A DNA stretch of 63,193 nt, filler included, from Choristocarpus tenellus KU-1152 (GCA_964200185.2; 11 parts of 11 records of this genome joined end to end with filler, not necessarily neighbours in it); one strand, 5' to 3'. Positions 1 to 13,640 are shown, numbered from the whole stretch's first letter. Translations and numbers: made by a program. Notes: a model not told the origin generated them from the sequence alone.

Positions 1-1120
1 TCTCAAGACAGGTTCACCCCACACACGAAATTGGAATGGTATGCTACCAACAGCTCTTTCACTCAGCATCTCTAATATCCACATGTATGTCACCATGTTG
101 GTGCATGATCACCAAGCTTTCAGAAGAGTACTTCAGTGTAAGACTGCAATGGTCCAAACAAACGCCTATTGCAACATACACAGCAAGGGAAAGCAGGGGG
201 TAGGACCTGGTAGAGGGTGTAGTTGGAGCTCCAGAAGCGAATTGGGCCTCGGAAGGACTGTGCACAGGTGGTCCCATCAGCCTCTTTCTCACACAGGTCG
301 GCAAATGTGTTTCCAGCATCAGTCTGAAAGTAGAACCAGTATGGGTCAATTACAGCAACATCGTGTGGGAGTATGGTCAAGGATAGCGAAACGTGGGGAG
401 TACATCTTTGGGCAATGAAGCGTTTCTGGTACTTCAACACTGAACCACTAATATGGAGTGCTCTTTTCCCTAGCACAGTGATATTCTCTTTTAAATGGGA
501 ATCAGCGCAGTGATCAAACTATAAGCTGGCTTGCAAAGTCTACAAGAACAAAAATCTCACCTATATCGGACCTTCTTAATCACAGGACCACACAAACCCA
601 AACAAGGCATGTTTAGCAACTGCAACTACCTACCTGAGTTGGGGCAAGGGAGCTGAATCTACATCTACAGTGGGGACAAGGAAACTTCCAAATGCTAGGT
701 TATCACCACTTCTGGTGTGTTTGCACCTCTATGTTATAGACGATGTTGTTGATGCTCCACAACTCATCAAATGCTGCCTTGGTCAAAACATTGCCAGCTT
801 CAGTGTTTGACCTGAGGAGTGCAGCCGCAAATTCGAAATCTGCGCACAAAAACATCCATCATCCATGAACGGCATTCAGTGATAAGATCTCCAGGGTAAA
901 GACTATGGCATTTACACAAAACACAAAACTCTCGTGGTTATGAAGGGAAGGGTACCTTGGCAGCTGTGGGTGAAATCATTGGGAACCAGGCATCTCCGTT
1001 GGATAGAGTAATCAATTTCGTCTGAGGGAAGTCAACATACTTAGAGTGTTGTGTCCCCACTAGAAGTAATGAAACATCGTTTATGGGTAAATAGGATACA
1101 GGGAGTTTGTTATGAATCAA
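1..1120 (-). pseudogene. Possible decayed coding sequence of unknown, probably TE-derived protein
   Basis: Protein-like stretches interrupted by stops and frameshifts (FEFAAALLRSNTEAGNVLTKAAFDELW; DPYWFYFQTDAGNTFADLCEKEADG). No recognisable family. Confidence 0.2.
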
Positions 1121-2601
1121 GGTTGCTGTAACACTACATACCGTTGTTTCATGGATTCACACCGTCTCAGTCGATATCTTGTACATCCCTAGACTGAGTA
1201 GTCAGCAAGACGTTTTTCGGCGCGATTGGATGACACATGATTGCTGGGATTGTAGTGGTCACAAGTACTAAATGATGTGTAGAACTCACCATCATCAAAC
1301 GAAGCCAAAACTCTCTTCTCCTCCTTCTTGCTTCGGGAGTTGGATGGAACCCACAACTCTTCACCTAATTTGTATGAAAAGTAAGAAAGAGAATGGAGTT
1401 GGGGGTCGGCTTGAAGTACATACTCGAAGCATAAAGGAAGAAATAATTAGTTGAAACCCACCATGTTCCCAGGACCAAGGGAGTACACCTCCCTGGCTAC
1501 CATATATGACTTTGGTTGGATCCTGAAGCATGGCAAAGTGTCAATATATCGAAAGTGTTTTGTAGCTTCTAGGATAGTAAGCTATGGCTAATGCTTCTGT
1601 AATAGAAGGTGACAGGTGTGTCGGCATTATCCACTCACCCTCGGACTCAACCCTGAAGTTAGCAAAGCCGAACATGCAAAGGATCACCAAGAAAATGGAC
1701 ACAGTCAGTGTCTTGCAGGAGTTCGTGGAAACCCATACCCCTAGTCGGTAAAAGAAGTGCTCGGAGTCCTCTTCCAGTCTCGAATGAGCCTGTGCAAGGA
1801 AGGAGGACCGCTTACCAACGCCTGCAGCAGGAATGTTTGAAGGTGATTAGGTGGTGGGCGCTACCAGTGCATGGTCACGAGAGTAGAGAATCATCTGATC
1901 TAGTCATCTTTCCCGACGAAGTAATGTGGCATGTCCACCCAACTCGATATGCAACAGAAACATGCTTGGCTTCTTACGTGTGTCTTTACTATCCTCCCTC
2001 ATGGTGGAAGTCCTGCCTCAAGCAAGTCCTACTACTCTTACAGTTGATATCGGTGAGGAGATGCGAAGATGTGACGTGGCCGTTGGAATGGGAGGGATTT
2101 CCGGGGTGTGTGTGAAGGAACTGACACAACGAATGAGATGCAAGGGATGAACCAAGGTTTGTGTTGAGGAAAGTTTCGAATTATACTGATACACCATGCC
2201 AATACTGGGGAAGTGGTTTTTTAAATAGTCAATTGACCGCCGCGAGCTGCGAGATGGCGGCATTTCTCACCTCATTTATCCACGATGACAAAAAAATGAA
2301 GCAATAAGCGGCATTTCCCATGACTGAAAATCACCATATACTTAATATACTTTTTTTAATAATCCATATGTCAGGGACAGGTTCCAATTTTGGGATCTCC
2401 GACACACACATATATGCATATGACGCGCGGTCATATACAATTTCGCGCGCCAACCATGTCATTTGAGCTACTCCATATCGACCAGTGCAATAAACCAACC
2501 ACACACATAAGATCCGGATTTGACCAAACATCCAAAGTGAGAGTTTATGAAGTAAACTGAGTTTTGTGGGCGGAAGAATTCTGGTTGGCTGGGGGCACAG
2601 G

Positions 2602-2701
2602 NNNNNNNNNNNNNNNNNNNNNNNNNNNNNNNNNNNNNNNNNNNNTTAATTAATTAANNNNNNNNNNNNNNNNNNNNNNNNNNNNNNNNNNNNNNNNNNN
2701 N
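2602..2701. other. Artificial contig-joining spacer (first of 10)
   Basis: N44-TTAATTAATTAA-N44, giving stops in all frames. Identical spacers at 5499-5598, 10654-10753, 17997-18096, 20824-20923, 30161-30260, 39139-39238, 42352-42451, 47512-47611 and 54703-54802. There are also 10-N gaps at 31172-31181 and 61375-61384. Confidence 0.98.
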
Positions 2702-2889
2702 TCCAAATCGTAGCGGTGCCCTCCACAAGCACCGAAATATTTTTGACCAAAAATATATCCCATTCGTAGCGGGGCCCTTAAAAACTGCAGCAACATTTAC
2801 AAAAAAATATATATGCGCACTTTCCGCGCACCATTCCGGGTCTCGCTCATCCTCCACAAAAAGCTCCATCCTCAATTTTGGTGATCGAC

Positions 2890-3180
2890 TGTTAAGTGCA
2901 AGACTGAAAGGACTTGCAGGAAAAAGTGGGGAACTGAGGAAGTGGGGAGGATCACGATTCGGATGGGTTTCGGAAAAGAAACCCTCCAGAGGTAGGAGAT
3001 CCGTCCTCAGAAAACCGTGCTCATAAAGAGACGTTGCAGAAGTCTATCACTCCGAATATCCTCCGCACAATCGAACCGAAGTTCTAAGAACGCAACTTCA
3101 ATCGGTATACCGGTATATGACATACGGAAATAACGGTATAACAACAGACAACCATGCTTTCCACATCACCCCCCCTTCTG
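2890..3180 (-). mobile_element. Putative 3' LTR (about 2890-3165) with polypurine tract of a Gypsy element
   Basis: On the minus strand AGAAGGGGGGGTGA is followed by TGTGG at 3165, with a candidate ...TAACA end at 2890. It lies downstream of the integrase at 5078-5498 in the same orientation. The LTR end is uncertain. Confidence 0.45.
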
Positions 3181-3701
3181 ATCGGCCTTAAAACCATGTA
3201 AACATGATTCAAGGTCAACCAAAAAGTGAGCTCTGGGAGCGAAATGGGAAACACCTGTGACTGTTAGTATACTATTGCACAATTGCATTACACGACTCCA
3301 TTAATACAAAACGAAGTGTAATATACAAACGAGGCACATAATGAATATCTGATTGGGATAACATTAGCCTAAGGTTGATGGTGTGTGGTCAGCACATCAA
3401 GCAAGCTTACGAGGTCTGAGAGTATGGGATCGGCATATCAATCAGCCTAACGACGAGGCGAGAGGTATATGTGGCCAGCATATAGGGTCTCTATTATCTT
3501 GTATAAAACAGAGGATACACTCAGAATGGGGATACTATACGGGTGATATACGATTATTTGATCACCACTCCAATGCGTGAAAACAACATCGCGTGTTACA
3601 TGACCAAATCAACACAGCAAACGACGAGATCAAATGCGTGCACCCACTCTCCTTCCTCAATTCTGACATCAATTGGAATATTGTTCAGGACGACTACAAT
3701 A

Positions 3702-4227
3702 GATTCGAAGTATCTTAGAGGGTAGAGCCGCGTCCATTTTGGGGCCAAAATCCAATGTGGTGGTTTTGATGAAATTTTGGCTATTATTTTTGTTAGGAAG
3801 TCCCAATATCCTTTTTCCGAACATACATTTTCATAATGTATAGTTAAAAGTATCTTAGAGGGTAGAGCCGCGTCCATTTGGGGGTCAAAACCCAATGTTG
3901 CGATTTTGATGTAATTTTTGATGTCATGCTTGTTAGGAAGCATCAATATCCTTGTTCGGCCACACCTTTTCATAACGTACACTTTTTACCTAGGCTACTC
4001 TAAAACATTTCGGAGTAGGTAAAACGTCAAAAATAACCTGTGGGAAGTCAAGACCCAAACGGACAAACAGGGCAAAAATATCACCCTCTAAGATACTTTC
4101 AATCTAATACATTTTACCTACTCCCAAACGTTTCGGAGTAGGAAAATGTTGTAAGAAAAAACGTGGGAAGCCAAGTCCCAAATGGACAAAAAGGGCAAAA
4201 TTCATACCCTCTAAGATACTTTCACTC
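3702..4227 (+). mobile_element. MITE family A, outer copy interrupted by a second copy
   Basis: Left end GATTCGAAGTATCTTAGAGGGTA, right end TACCCTCTAAGATACTTTCACTC; flanks ATA/ATA. Confidence 0.93.
3841..4104 (+). mobile_element. MITE family A, inner nested copy
   Basis: Complete second TIR pair (AAAGTATCTTAGAGGGTA ... ACCCTCTAAGATACTTTC) inside the outer copy. Confidence 0.93.
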
Positions 4228-5077
4228 ATATTCCAAGTGGAAAACTTGAACGTACGATTTTGGTGGCTCAACTCTCCTAAAACGATACGAGGTGACTGTA
4301 CGGTCAATTACATCATGTCGGGGGAATCATGCCACACGAAAAAAAAAAAATGAATAACATTCATTATTATGGCTCACCTGAAGTCTCCATCTCTTACCTG
4401 ATGGTAGACTTGAATCTTCAATTATTTATTTTTTCTGTTTTAGGATGGGATTAGTCATTTCATGAGGATCAATAAATCCATTTCATGAAAACGTCACATG
4501 ATGTAATGAACAGCCACCTTTAGCACACAGGTGCTAATGTAATAATGTGCCCGGTGATACGATCTCTTCACCACCGCATGTGTCCACTCATGCAAACGAG
4601 GAGAAATGAGAGATAAAATTAATTGTATTATTAATTTATCTAAATCCACCAACATTTATGCATAGTCTATTTGCAAGGATTGATAAACCTGGTAAACATG
4701 AAATGCCAAGTCAGAGCTGGACGAGAACAGGTTAACTGACACCTGTTACCAGTTATCTCATCTCTTCACAAAACGATAGACTATAGTCATCTATGACAAA
4801 ATGACACACAAACGATTTGTCTAAACTAGATGGACGACCTATGTAAAGGGTTATAGTATGTGGGTACCACGAGATCTGCCCAAGGGACACTAGTCTTAAA
4901 AAATAAGTAGATAAACACCCAATTAAACAGACAAACAAGCAAAAATTTGGCAATGATCTGTACCACACATACATACGATAAATCTCTTTACTGAAACGAT
5001 AGGTTACAACACGACGGCAATGCATGATATACAGACTATGCAAAGGAGTATGATAACAATTAATGCGAATTCTCAAG

Positions 5078-5498
5078 TCAACACCACAAGGGACGAGAAT
5101 TTTGCTGCTTATCCAATCCATTTACTGCACGATAGGCTGTGATCATTTCACGGCATTGTGGGATCTGTTCTATTCTTCTGTGAAGATCACCAGGCGGTCC
5201 ATAGCCACAAAGACGAAGGCGATAGATAACATTAGTGGACGAACGACGACGAGGACCAGGTCTATGTCCAACAATGCCATCAATAGTGTATTGGCCAATA
5301 ACAGGTTGAGAGATTTGATGATCTACATCCGGTAATGGTAGTGGTTTTCCCCAGAAACACATAATCCAGTTCATCCAAATCTGGTGTGGGAGGTTGGGCT
5401 TGAGGATAGTAACGTTTCATCCTACCCAGATGAACGGAAAATGGACGTGGGTTTCCGGGTAGTACTACTCCGTACACGATCGGTGATACCTTAGTATG
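5078..5498 (-). mobile_element. Ty3/Gypsy integrase C-terminus with chromodomain (frameshifted, cut by contig end)
   Basis: KVSPIVYGVVLPGNPRPFSVHLGRMKRYY resembles the GPY/F tail. It is followed by YTIDGIVGHR...IYRLRLCGYGPPGD...IPQCREMITAY, a chromodomain in which the cage Trp is replaced by Leu. Confidence 0.85.
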
Positions 5499-5639
5499 NN
5501 NNNNNNNNNNNNNNNNNNNNNNNNNNNNNNNNNNNNNNNNNNTTAATTAATTAANNNNNNNNNNNNNNNNNNNNNNNNNNNNNNNNNNNNNNNNNNNNCA
5601 GCCTAACCCCCCCCCACACACGCAACTTACCCGAGGAAC

Positions 5640-5696
5640 GCGATATGGTAAAATGGACCCCGAATGGACACCCCCCCCCCCCAGATACTTTGGCCC
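5640..5696. mobile_element. Family B (poly-G TIR) element end
   Basis: CGATATGGTAAAATGGACCCCGAATGGACA-C12-AGATACTTTGGCCC; its reverse complement matches 48794-48856. Confidence 0.8.
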
Positions 5697-8600
5697 TAAC
5701 AAATGGTGGATGTTAATGAAAATCAGAAATCATTAAACCGATGTCTAAGATTGGTTGCACTGGATAGTCTTTGGATGTGGAGAATTGGCCTGTGTGTGTG
5801 GTGATTGGATGTGCGGAATTTGCCGCATAGCTTGTGGGGAAACAAGGATAGTGTGAGGAGGGAAAGCAGAACCGATGTTACATCGGTTGAGGAGGAGAGT
5901 TGATGGAAGGCTAAGACGAGGCCAATGGATCAGTCTAGAATTCGTGAACAAAGCAAAGAAGGATAGTGAACAGAACAAGTGGATGGATGGAGAGAAGAAA
6001 GTTTTGTTACCTCTCTCTTCTTGGTCATGTTCTCGGGCCTCTCCTCTATTTTGTAGTTTGTCTAAAATATCAATCTATATACCATCATTATTTGTTAAAT
6101 CTCTCGAGCACCCAGCATCTTTCTTTTCCCTGCTTAAACAACGTAAACATATCACCTATATAGATAATATATAGTGTGTGTATCCCCATTATTTCCGAGA
6201 GGCGGTAACTTGTGTTTTGTTTGAGAAGGATATGCACAGGGGTTTATCAGTCGTACATGGTAAATTATTTCGCAAGTGTTGTGCATGTTAAATTCAACAT
6301 TCTCACAAATAAAAGAAATATGAAGGTAAATTTGTGTCTTCAAAATTCTATGGAATGTATTTACAATACTGAAATATTGTTATTATGTTTAAAATTTCTT
6401 TAACCGCTACTGTATTGACCTTCCTCCATTTTTGAATGGAGCACCTCAGCACAGAGCAAGGGTATTATGCACACATTGAAGTACAACACATTTTCATTTC
6501 TTTAAATTCTTGGTCAATCTTCGTTTCTAGACGTCAAAGAAAGAACTATCGCAAAATGTGTAAGGTGGCTTGAAATGCAAAACGCCCGAAATCTACCTAA
6601 CTCGTGCTTTGACTCATAGTGTTCTATATCAGCCTTGAAACGCCTACAGATTTCAGTACAATAAAGGACCTCTATTCAACAAGGTCCCCACCAGTGATCA
6701 ACTTACAGTATGTATGAGAAATCACGTTTTAGTTCCGTCTTGCAGAACTTGAGGGATTTGCACACATTGACAGAGACAACGCTTCAATTTCTTAGAAGTG
6801 TTGCAACCCTTCAGTTCTTCGCGAAGATTGACCTACTGTAAATTGCACACATGAATATTGTTGACTTGAAATGCAATATAGCCAAAATCTGACTACCTCT
6901 CACTTGGTTTGATTCCCATGACAATCATATTATGGTGACCATTGCTGCTATCACAGGACAAATCTGTTGTTAGGCTCAGGGGTCAGCTCGGCTCGTGAAT
7001 CTTTCTGAGCAAGACTACCCCGACTGCCTTCTTTTGTGCATGAGGCCAGGAGGAGAAAGAGTTTCACAACAGGACTATTAAACCCGAAGGCTTTACTGCT
7101 GATCAATGTCCTCAATGAGTCCTGCGCACAAAAAATCTACAGTTGCAACTAGTCGTTGTAGAGCAGTATGAAATACTTTATTGTATTTCTTTGCAAACTC
7201 CTGGAAAGGAAGTATAGAACATTGAGTTCCTGTGTTTACGCGTTCAACGGGAAACAAAGTCGGAACTACTTTCAATCAAGAACCATTCCTCACTAGGTGT
7301 ATGCATGGTATCTACGTTATAGAACTTCTGATACCCCCCCCCCCCATAGGTCAGAAATGCTTGCAATCAAGGATCAAGAAAAAAAATGTCAATATTTTGT
7401 AGTCCTGGCAGAAAGAAAACAGTAGTTTTGTTTCGACTCAGATTATAATAAAAATGTCTTTCAAGTTTCACTTCAATACCTCATCTCTTACTAAGAAGAT
7501 GAATCCGAATTTAACAATCCATTCTTTCCTGTCAAATATCGCCTGTGAAGACTTCATTAGCCCAAAGCGTCCTCCACAATAGTCAAAATATATAAACCAC
7601 AAGGTAGTCAAAGACACCCTCAAAAAGCAATTGTATTTTCTTGAAAAATACATCAGGGGCAAGAAAAGCAAATGCAACTGATGTGTCTCCATCTGGCAAT
7701 ACTTCTGCCAGGAGTGATACTGTACTTAAGCTCTAACAATGTTCTGAGGACTGTGCATATATCAAACTTTCAAAGAAAGCAATTTTCCACTGAATGTGCA
7801 TGTGCCACGTAAGAAAAAAGAAAAACCCACTACTCCTACCCTACCTTTTTTTGTTGTCCAAGTGAAGTCTCTACTCAGAGAATATTGAACAACTGTGACG
7901 GGCGGTGAGAGTACTGATCCAGATCACTAAGATGTAACTCACAGACCAAATGACAAAATAGGGTTAGGGTTAGCTACTATTGGAGACGTGCCATACTTGA
8001 GGTAGAAAGAATTCTCTGAAAATAATATACAGGTCTCGATCAACACTGAAATCACTCATGAACAGAGAAGCGAGACTTGATGCAAAAATGAACCACACAA
8101 ATACACACAAAGCTGCCTCGCTGGATACTTCTTCGTATATGGTGTAAATCAATAACACCTAGTATGGCACCTTGAAGTCAAGAAGAATAAGCGCACACCA
8201 TACTTCTCCACAGCTCATAGCTTTTAGAGTGGCACAAGATGTGTCAAGAGAAAAGCCAACTCAATATCATAAAGAACTCCTCCAACAAGTGACAGTTGTC
8301 GTAAATGTCAAAGATATCTGGAATATTCGCTATTTGACTACAAGCTCTGCTGCACCACCCCCGCCCGATGCCTCCAACCTAGGTTAGCCCTACACCACAG
8401 GGCGAGGAGCTAGGGAAGCACCCCAAGAATCTGACACGCCCCTCCTTGCTTTGTCGTCTATATAAAACCTATAATGCTACTACTACAGTCTTTACTTAGG
8501 GTTAGCCATTGTGTGTGATTACCTGAGAGTATGCTGAATGGGAAAAAAATGTATTTCTTCTGGATGTTTCCTGTTTTTGTAGCAGTACCTCTTGCAATGT

Positions 8601-10598
8601 TGGGGATAGCATATTTTTCTTGAGACTTCCTTCAAAGTCCAAAGAGCATTTGCTATTTGGACGTTTTTGTAGAATCCACACTAAATGTTAGAAGGACACA
8701 AACCGCTCCCCCATTCATAGATTAAGACATGTCTGAGCCTTTGAAACACTCTTTCTCCATCATATATGACAGATACTATTCTACCTGCGCTAAGGGCACG
8801 TGCTGGTCTAACCTAACCCAGAAACATCAACATTGCTTGGATGAACAAGAGAGGGCCTCCTCCGACCCAAAACAAACACCATGCTTCCAGTAGGGTCACC
8901 AGTTGAGTTTGTCATCTTCTACAGTTCCGAACATCAATCTTTTCTGACCTCGATTTCATTTGCCGAGTTGGAGTTTGTGCCATGCACCAGTCAGGGCACA
9001 TGCCATTATCCCAAACTTCATGCTCAACCGTATCTTCGACTAGGGCCTCAACGGTCTCACATTTTACAACAGGTGTTACTTTGATGTGAAAAGGCAACAA
9101 ATCAGCTGGGCAGTCTGTGCACACCTGTCGAAAGGAGAGTAGATGTTATCAACCTATGAGCCTTGCAAGATAAACCAGCTGGAAGTGGATGATGTCAATT
9201 GAATATGCTCAATGCAGGTGTTGAAAGAGCGAGTCCTCTGGTTCTCCTAATGTTGGGTGAAAAATGTGTACTCCAGAGCACACGCATATCTAGTATAGTG
9301 TCTAATATCCTGTATGATGACATAAAATATCACTCTTATCATCCATGCACCCTCAGTGACACAGGGGACACTTTTGGTTGGAGTACTGTACACAATAACT
9401 CACCGTAAACGTACGCGTAACTGTAGCAATGCGATGTCCCAGGTCTGGCACAGTGCCAGCCATCTCATACAATGCCGTCTTCGATTTGACCAAGGTGTTG
9501 ATTGCAATCTGCATCAGTCAACATGATGCAATAATGGCAGTCAGTGTACAGCCTATGTGTCAGCAAGGAGATGTGTATACTTGTGCAAGCTTGTACCAAT
9601 ATCACCTGCCAATCTAAGATAACATTCCATGTATGATTTTGTGCACTTCCCTGACCATGTCGTTAGGGTCTGATCTCCTCGAAACAGCTCCCTTAGACGA
9701 GGCAAATACTTTGCCATGGAGTAAGAAGTGCCATGACATACTTTGTTAATGTTTCAAATTGTGCTCACGGATTTCCCCCCTACTTCTGTGACACTCTTGG
9801 AGAAATTACCTTTGTGTGGTAAATGTAGATGGCAGTGCTAATGCAAGCTGCTTCTCTAATTCAATTGTAGGAATGGTGAATATACCCTCTACTGTTGACG
9901 TAATACTTTACCTGGCTTGTGTGAAAAGAATGTACATCGATGGGGAATGAATTCTTCGACCCTGTTCCATCTGTAGCGGCTTTCTTGTGGCTCAATGGTT
10001 ATCGAGACTGTTCCCTACATGAATGTCACAGGTTCTAACTCCGTTGATTTCTACCTTTTCTACTTGGACTTCCATGTTTATGATCCAATTTCACATGGTA
10101 AGCATTATGAATGTATATGCACTTGCATTACCCTATCATCTGTCAATATACCACAAAAATGGAAGAACAGGATTGCAAGAATTTGTTGGTGTCCAGCACG
10201 AGGTTTGAAGGAGGAAGTGAAGTAACGACCAGTGGTACAGCTGAACCCAAAATGTAATCAGGGTGCAAAACAGAGCTGAAGGGCAACCTACCAACACATG
10301 TTGTACCATTTGTAACATTGACAGCACGTTTTGTGGAAAGAGGAGCATTCCAGCGAAGTTGTGAGAACCAACATTTTACCCATCATGCTTAAGCAGCAGC
10401 TAATGCAGCTCAAGAAGATCGGGACTCATGCACCGTCACCACAACTGACTGCTGAATGAAGCGTTTTCATTCTCCATTTCTTGCATCACTGAAATTTGTA
10501 TGGCATGTGACGAGTTGGTGTTTTCTTATTGAATTGACCGGGTGCGACACTGAACCTTTGTCCGTTTCCCCCTATTTTATCACAGCACCACACAATAT

Positions 10599-10653
10599 GA
10601 CCAAAGGTATCTGGGGGGGGGGGGGGGGGGGGTTTACCCCCGGGGGTTTGCAT
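10599..10653. mobile_element. Family B element end at contig edge
   Basis: GACCAAAGGTATCT followed by poly-G. Confidence 0.7.
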
Positions 10654-11129
10654 NNNNNNNNNNNNNNNNNNNNNNNNNNNNNNNNNNNNNNNNNNNNTTA
10701 ATTAATTAANNNNNNNNNNNNNNNNNNNNNNNNNNNNNNNNNNNNNNNNNNNNGCTTCCACTTTATTCCCCTACCAGCAACGTACTGTTCTGCTGTGTAG
10801 TCATGACTCAGGAAGAAAGACACTTTTCGCGAGAAATGTTTACACGCGCGGCAAACTCGCGTGAATATCTCTGGGAATTTGTACCAAGTCGCCCAAATAC
10901 GAGAATTCCGGTACAAAAGCCTATTTTTTTAGTATGTCGAAAAAAGAGGTACAAAATGGGTTTGGTACATAATAGTCGGTATAAAATCGGTGTAGATACT
11001 GTATGGCATTTTCCTCCCAAAAAGGAATTAGAAGCAAGTTCGTCCACTAGCAATTTCGCAGAATAATCCTTTGCGGAACGAAATGGTGAATCCTGGAATA
11101 AACCCAGAACGGATCTTTGATGATCTGTT

Positions 11130-11650
11130 AGTGGAATTGTCCAACCAATGTGACCAATCAATACACTTTTGTCCGAGTCAACCCAAAATGTTACAAAACC
11201 TATATCGCGTAAGGATAAGACTCACATCCCCTTGGGTAGCCGATGCCCGTGCAATACTTGCTAGCATGTCACACCCTTCGGCCGTCAGAGTCGAAATCCC
11301 GATTGAAAGGCAGAAACTGGGACTACCTCGTCAGAAAGGACGTCCACGCAAGAACAGGTAACAAGTCGAATTTCTCTGCCACGCGAACAGGTTGCCAACA
11401 GTATACTGGCAGCCCTCGCACCGATGATGCTTCAACCTGTTTTAGCCCAGAACTCCTCGCCCGCTGTCTGTGCTTCCTTAAACAACCAACCCACCTATGT
11501 TCCTGGGAAACACGGGAACTCGTTCATTCCAAAGAATAATGAATGCATCAAAACCCGTTCAACCAGTCACCCATCCCCCTTACTGTGTTTCGCAACTCAC
11601 CTTCCCTAGCCACAGACAGGGCGAGTGATGCAAGTCATCAACATCGGGCA
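11130..11650. repeat. Dispersed repeat with decayed ORF, copy 1
   Basis: Clear nucleotide similarity to 53220-53720 in the same orientation (GACTACCTCG.CAGAA.GGACGTCCA; CCTGTTTTA.CCCAGAACTCCTCG; TAGCCACAGACAGGG). Confidence 0.75.
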
Positions 11651-12149
11651 AAGACTCAACTACATCGTCTGCCTCCCGGGACGAAGTCTTTGCATGGCTA
11701 AAGGCGCACCAGGTTTGCTTTCATCATGCGTATGGTCAAGACTGCTTCAGGTCCATAAGCGGCAAGTGTGGGTATACACACAACTTCTCATGCCTTTTAA
11801 GAACCTAATGCTGCCTGATCGATTGGGCTTCTCGCGAATAGTGGAGAGAGTCTTGCATCGCTGCTAGGTATTGAAGGTGTGTGTCTGTTAAGGCTACGAC
11901 CGTACGCGACCTTCCATTTAAAATATAGGCAGTAAGACTCCCATTCCCAACTCGGCAATATTCGCCGTGCTGCCTGCCCACCGTACAAGTCAAGTGTGGA
12001 TATCTTCCCTTCTATGGCATCCACACAAAGTCCTCTCAAGAATGCCTGTCCAGGTATTCCTTGACACAGGCGCAGGAAGGTGGAACTACGTCTCACCTGC
12101 TTTGTCGGAGTTCTAGCACCCAGATCCCGCAGTTGGAGTACCCTTGTCA

Positions 12150-13640
12150 ACCCTCTTAGCGAGTGGCGTTGTAATACAAAGGAAATTTCAAAAATGGATA
12201 GTTATCAGACTGGATAACAAAAACAGAAGCAATAGACAGCCTTACCCCACTAAAGTGGGATATTTTCCATGTCCACAGGGATCTTTATAATCCCAACACA
12301 AGACGGCACCCAACTAATGTTCCCGCCCAAGGAAAACTCTTGCCCCAATAGGATGTGTCTGTTCTCTATAGGTACCAGTATCAAGAAGTAGTGGAAATAC
12401 GAAAGAGGAAGAGATAGGTGGAACACAGGTTCAGGTTTTGACTTCAAGTCACCCTACTGGAGGGTGCGGTTGAAGGATAGAGATTGGGAGGAATTAAGTA
12501 GGAGAGAAATCAGTCGCTTCTCCCAAGGATGTCCCAGCAGGTAACAACTGTATGCCCGAAAGACAAGGTGAGGAGTAGTTGGTGCATGCCAGAACAAGAG
12601 AACAGGGTATCGATAGATATAGTCACTGAAAGTATCTTAGAGGGTAGGGCCTCGTCCATTTGGGGCCAAAATCCAATGTTTCGATTTTGATGTAATTTTG
12701 GCTATCGTGTTTGTTGGAAAGCGTCAATATCCTTGTTCCGGACACACCTTTTCATGACGTACATACATTTTACCTATTCCGAAGCATTTTGGAATAGGAA
12801 AATGTCAAAAAAATACGCCGTGGAAAGTCAGACCCCAAATGGACAAACAGAGCAAAACGTGTACCCTCTAAAATACTTTCACTCAGAAGTTGTAACCAAG
12901 AATCCGTACACATCAGAGCACACAGTAATATATATAGATATATATATTGGTTGTATAGGCTGTGGTTGGACAAAAGAAAACATTTTTTTTCCCCTCTATA
13001 TCCCAAAAGATTATATTTTTGTGTATTATTTGAGTATAACTCACACTTTTGTTTTTTTAATGTTTTTTTCTCTCTTTGGTTCTGACCTTGCTATTCCCCC
13101 CTCCCATTTTTGTTGCTTTCATTATTTACTTTTTTCGTTTTTTTTTTCCTCCTCAAAAAGAAAAGGAGATGCATAGAATAAACTTGCAATTGCTTGTTTT
13201 GCGCACTAGCAGCTTTGAGTACGCCTTGTGCTTGAGGGGCATAGGACAGGCATTCAACAGGTATCCAGTAGGTCATGAATAGTATAGGGGTCGTGAGACA
13301 ATTCCTTGATGGGACTTACACGATACAGACACAGAATAAAACCTTGCAGTCTACGGACTGGAAACCCATGCGCACACACATAATATTTTGTGATTAGAAA
13401 GATTGGAATGGAGGACCCATTAATTGTAGGCCTAATCAGAGCTGTATACATTGTAAATTTTGAAGGTGTGGTTCAGAAGGAACAGTGTACACTCGGATTA
13501 GGCTAGGATCAAATTGACTGAGATTATATCCTGTGACCTTGTGGACAGACACTTCCAAAGTAAATAAGGTTACACATCAATCATATTTATGATTAGGGAG
13601 ATCGGAGGAACTGGGGACCCATTTATTCTAGGCCATGTCA
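12150..13640 (+). mobile_element. Gypsy 3' end, copy 1: chromo-like plus Tudor-like integrase tail, 3'UTR, PPT and LTR (13242-13640)
   Basis: Decayed YKGNFKNG*LSDWITKTEAIDSLTP...FDFKSPYWRVRLKDRDWEELSRRE, homologous to 18890-19240. GAGGGGCA PPT is followed by an LTR ending ...CCATGTCA. Confidence 0.8.
12624..12884 (+). mobile_element. MITE family A in Gypsy 3'UTR
   Basis: Both TIRs and full interior present; left tip altered, no clean TSD. Confidence 0.93.

Noticed and set aside
20-120. HNH/His-Cys-box-like HTCGY*RC motif on the minus strand
   Set aside because: Too short, interrupted by stops, and lacking the downstream N..HL residues.
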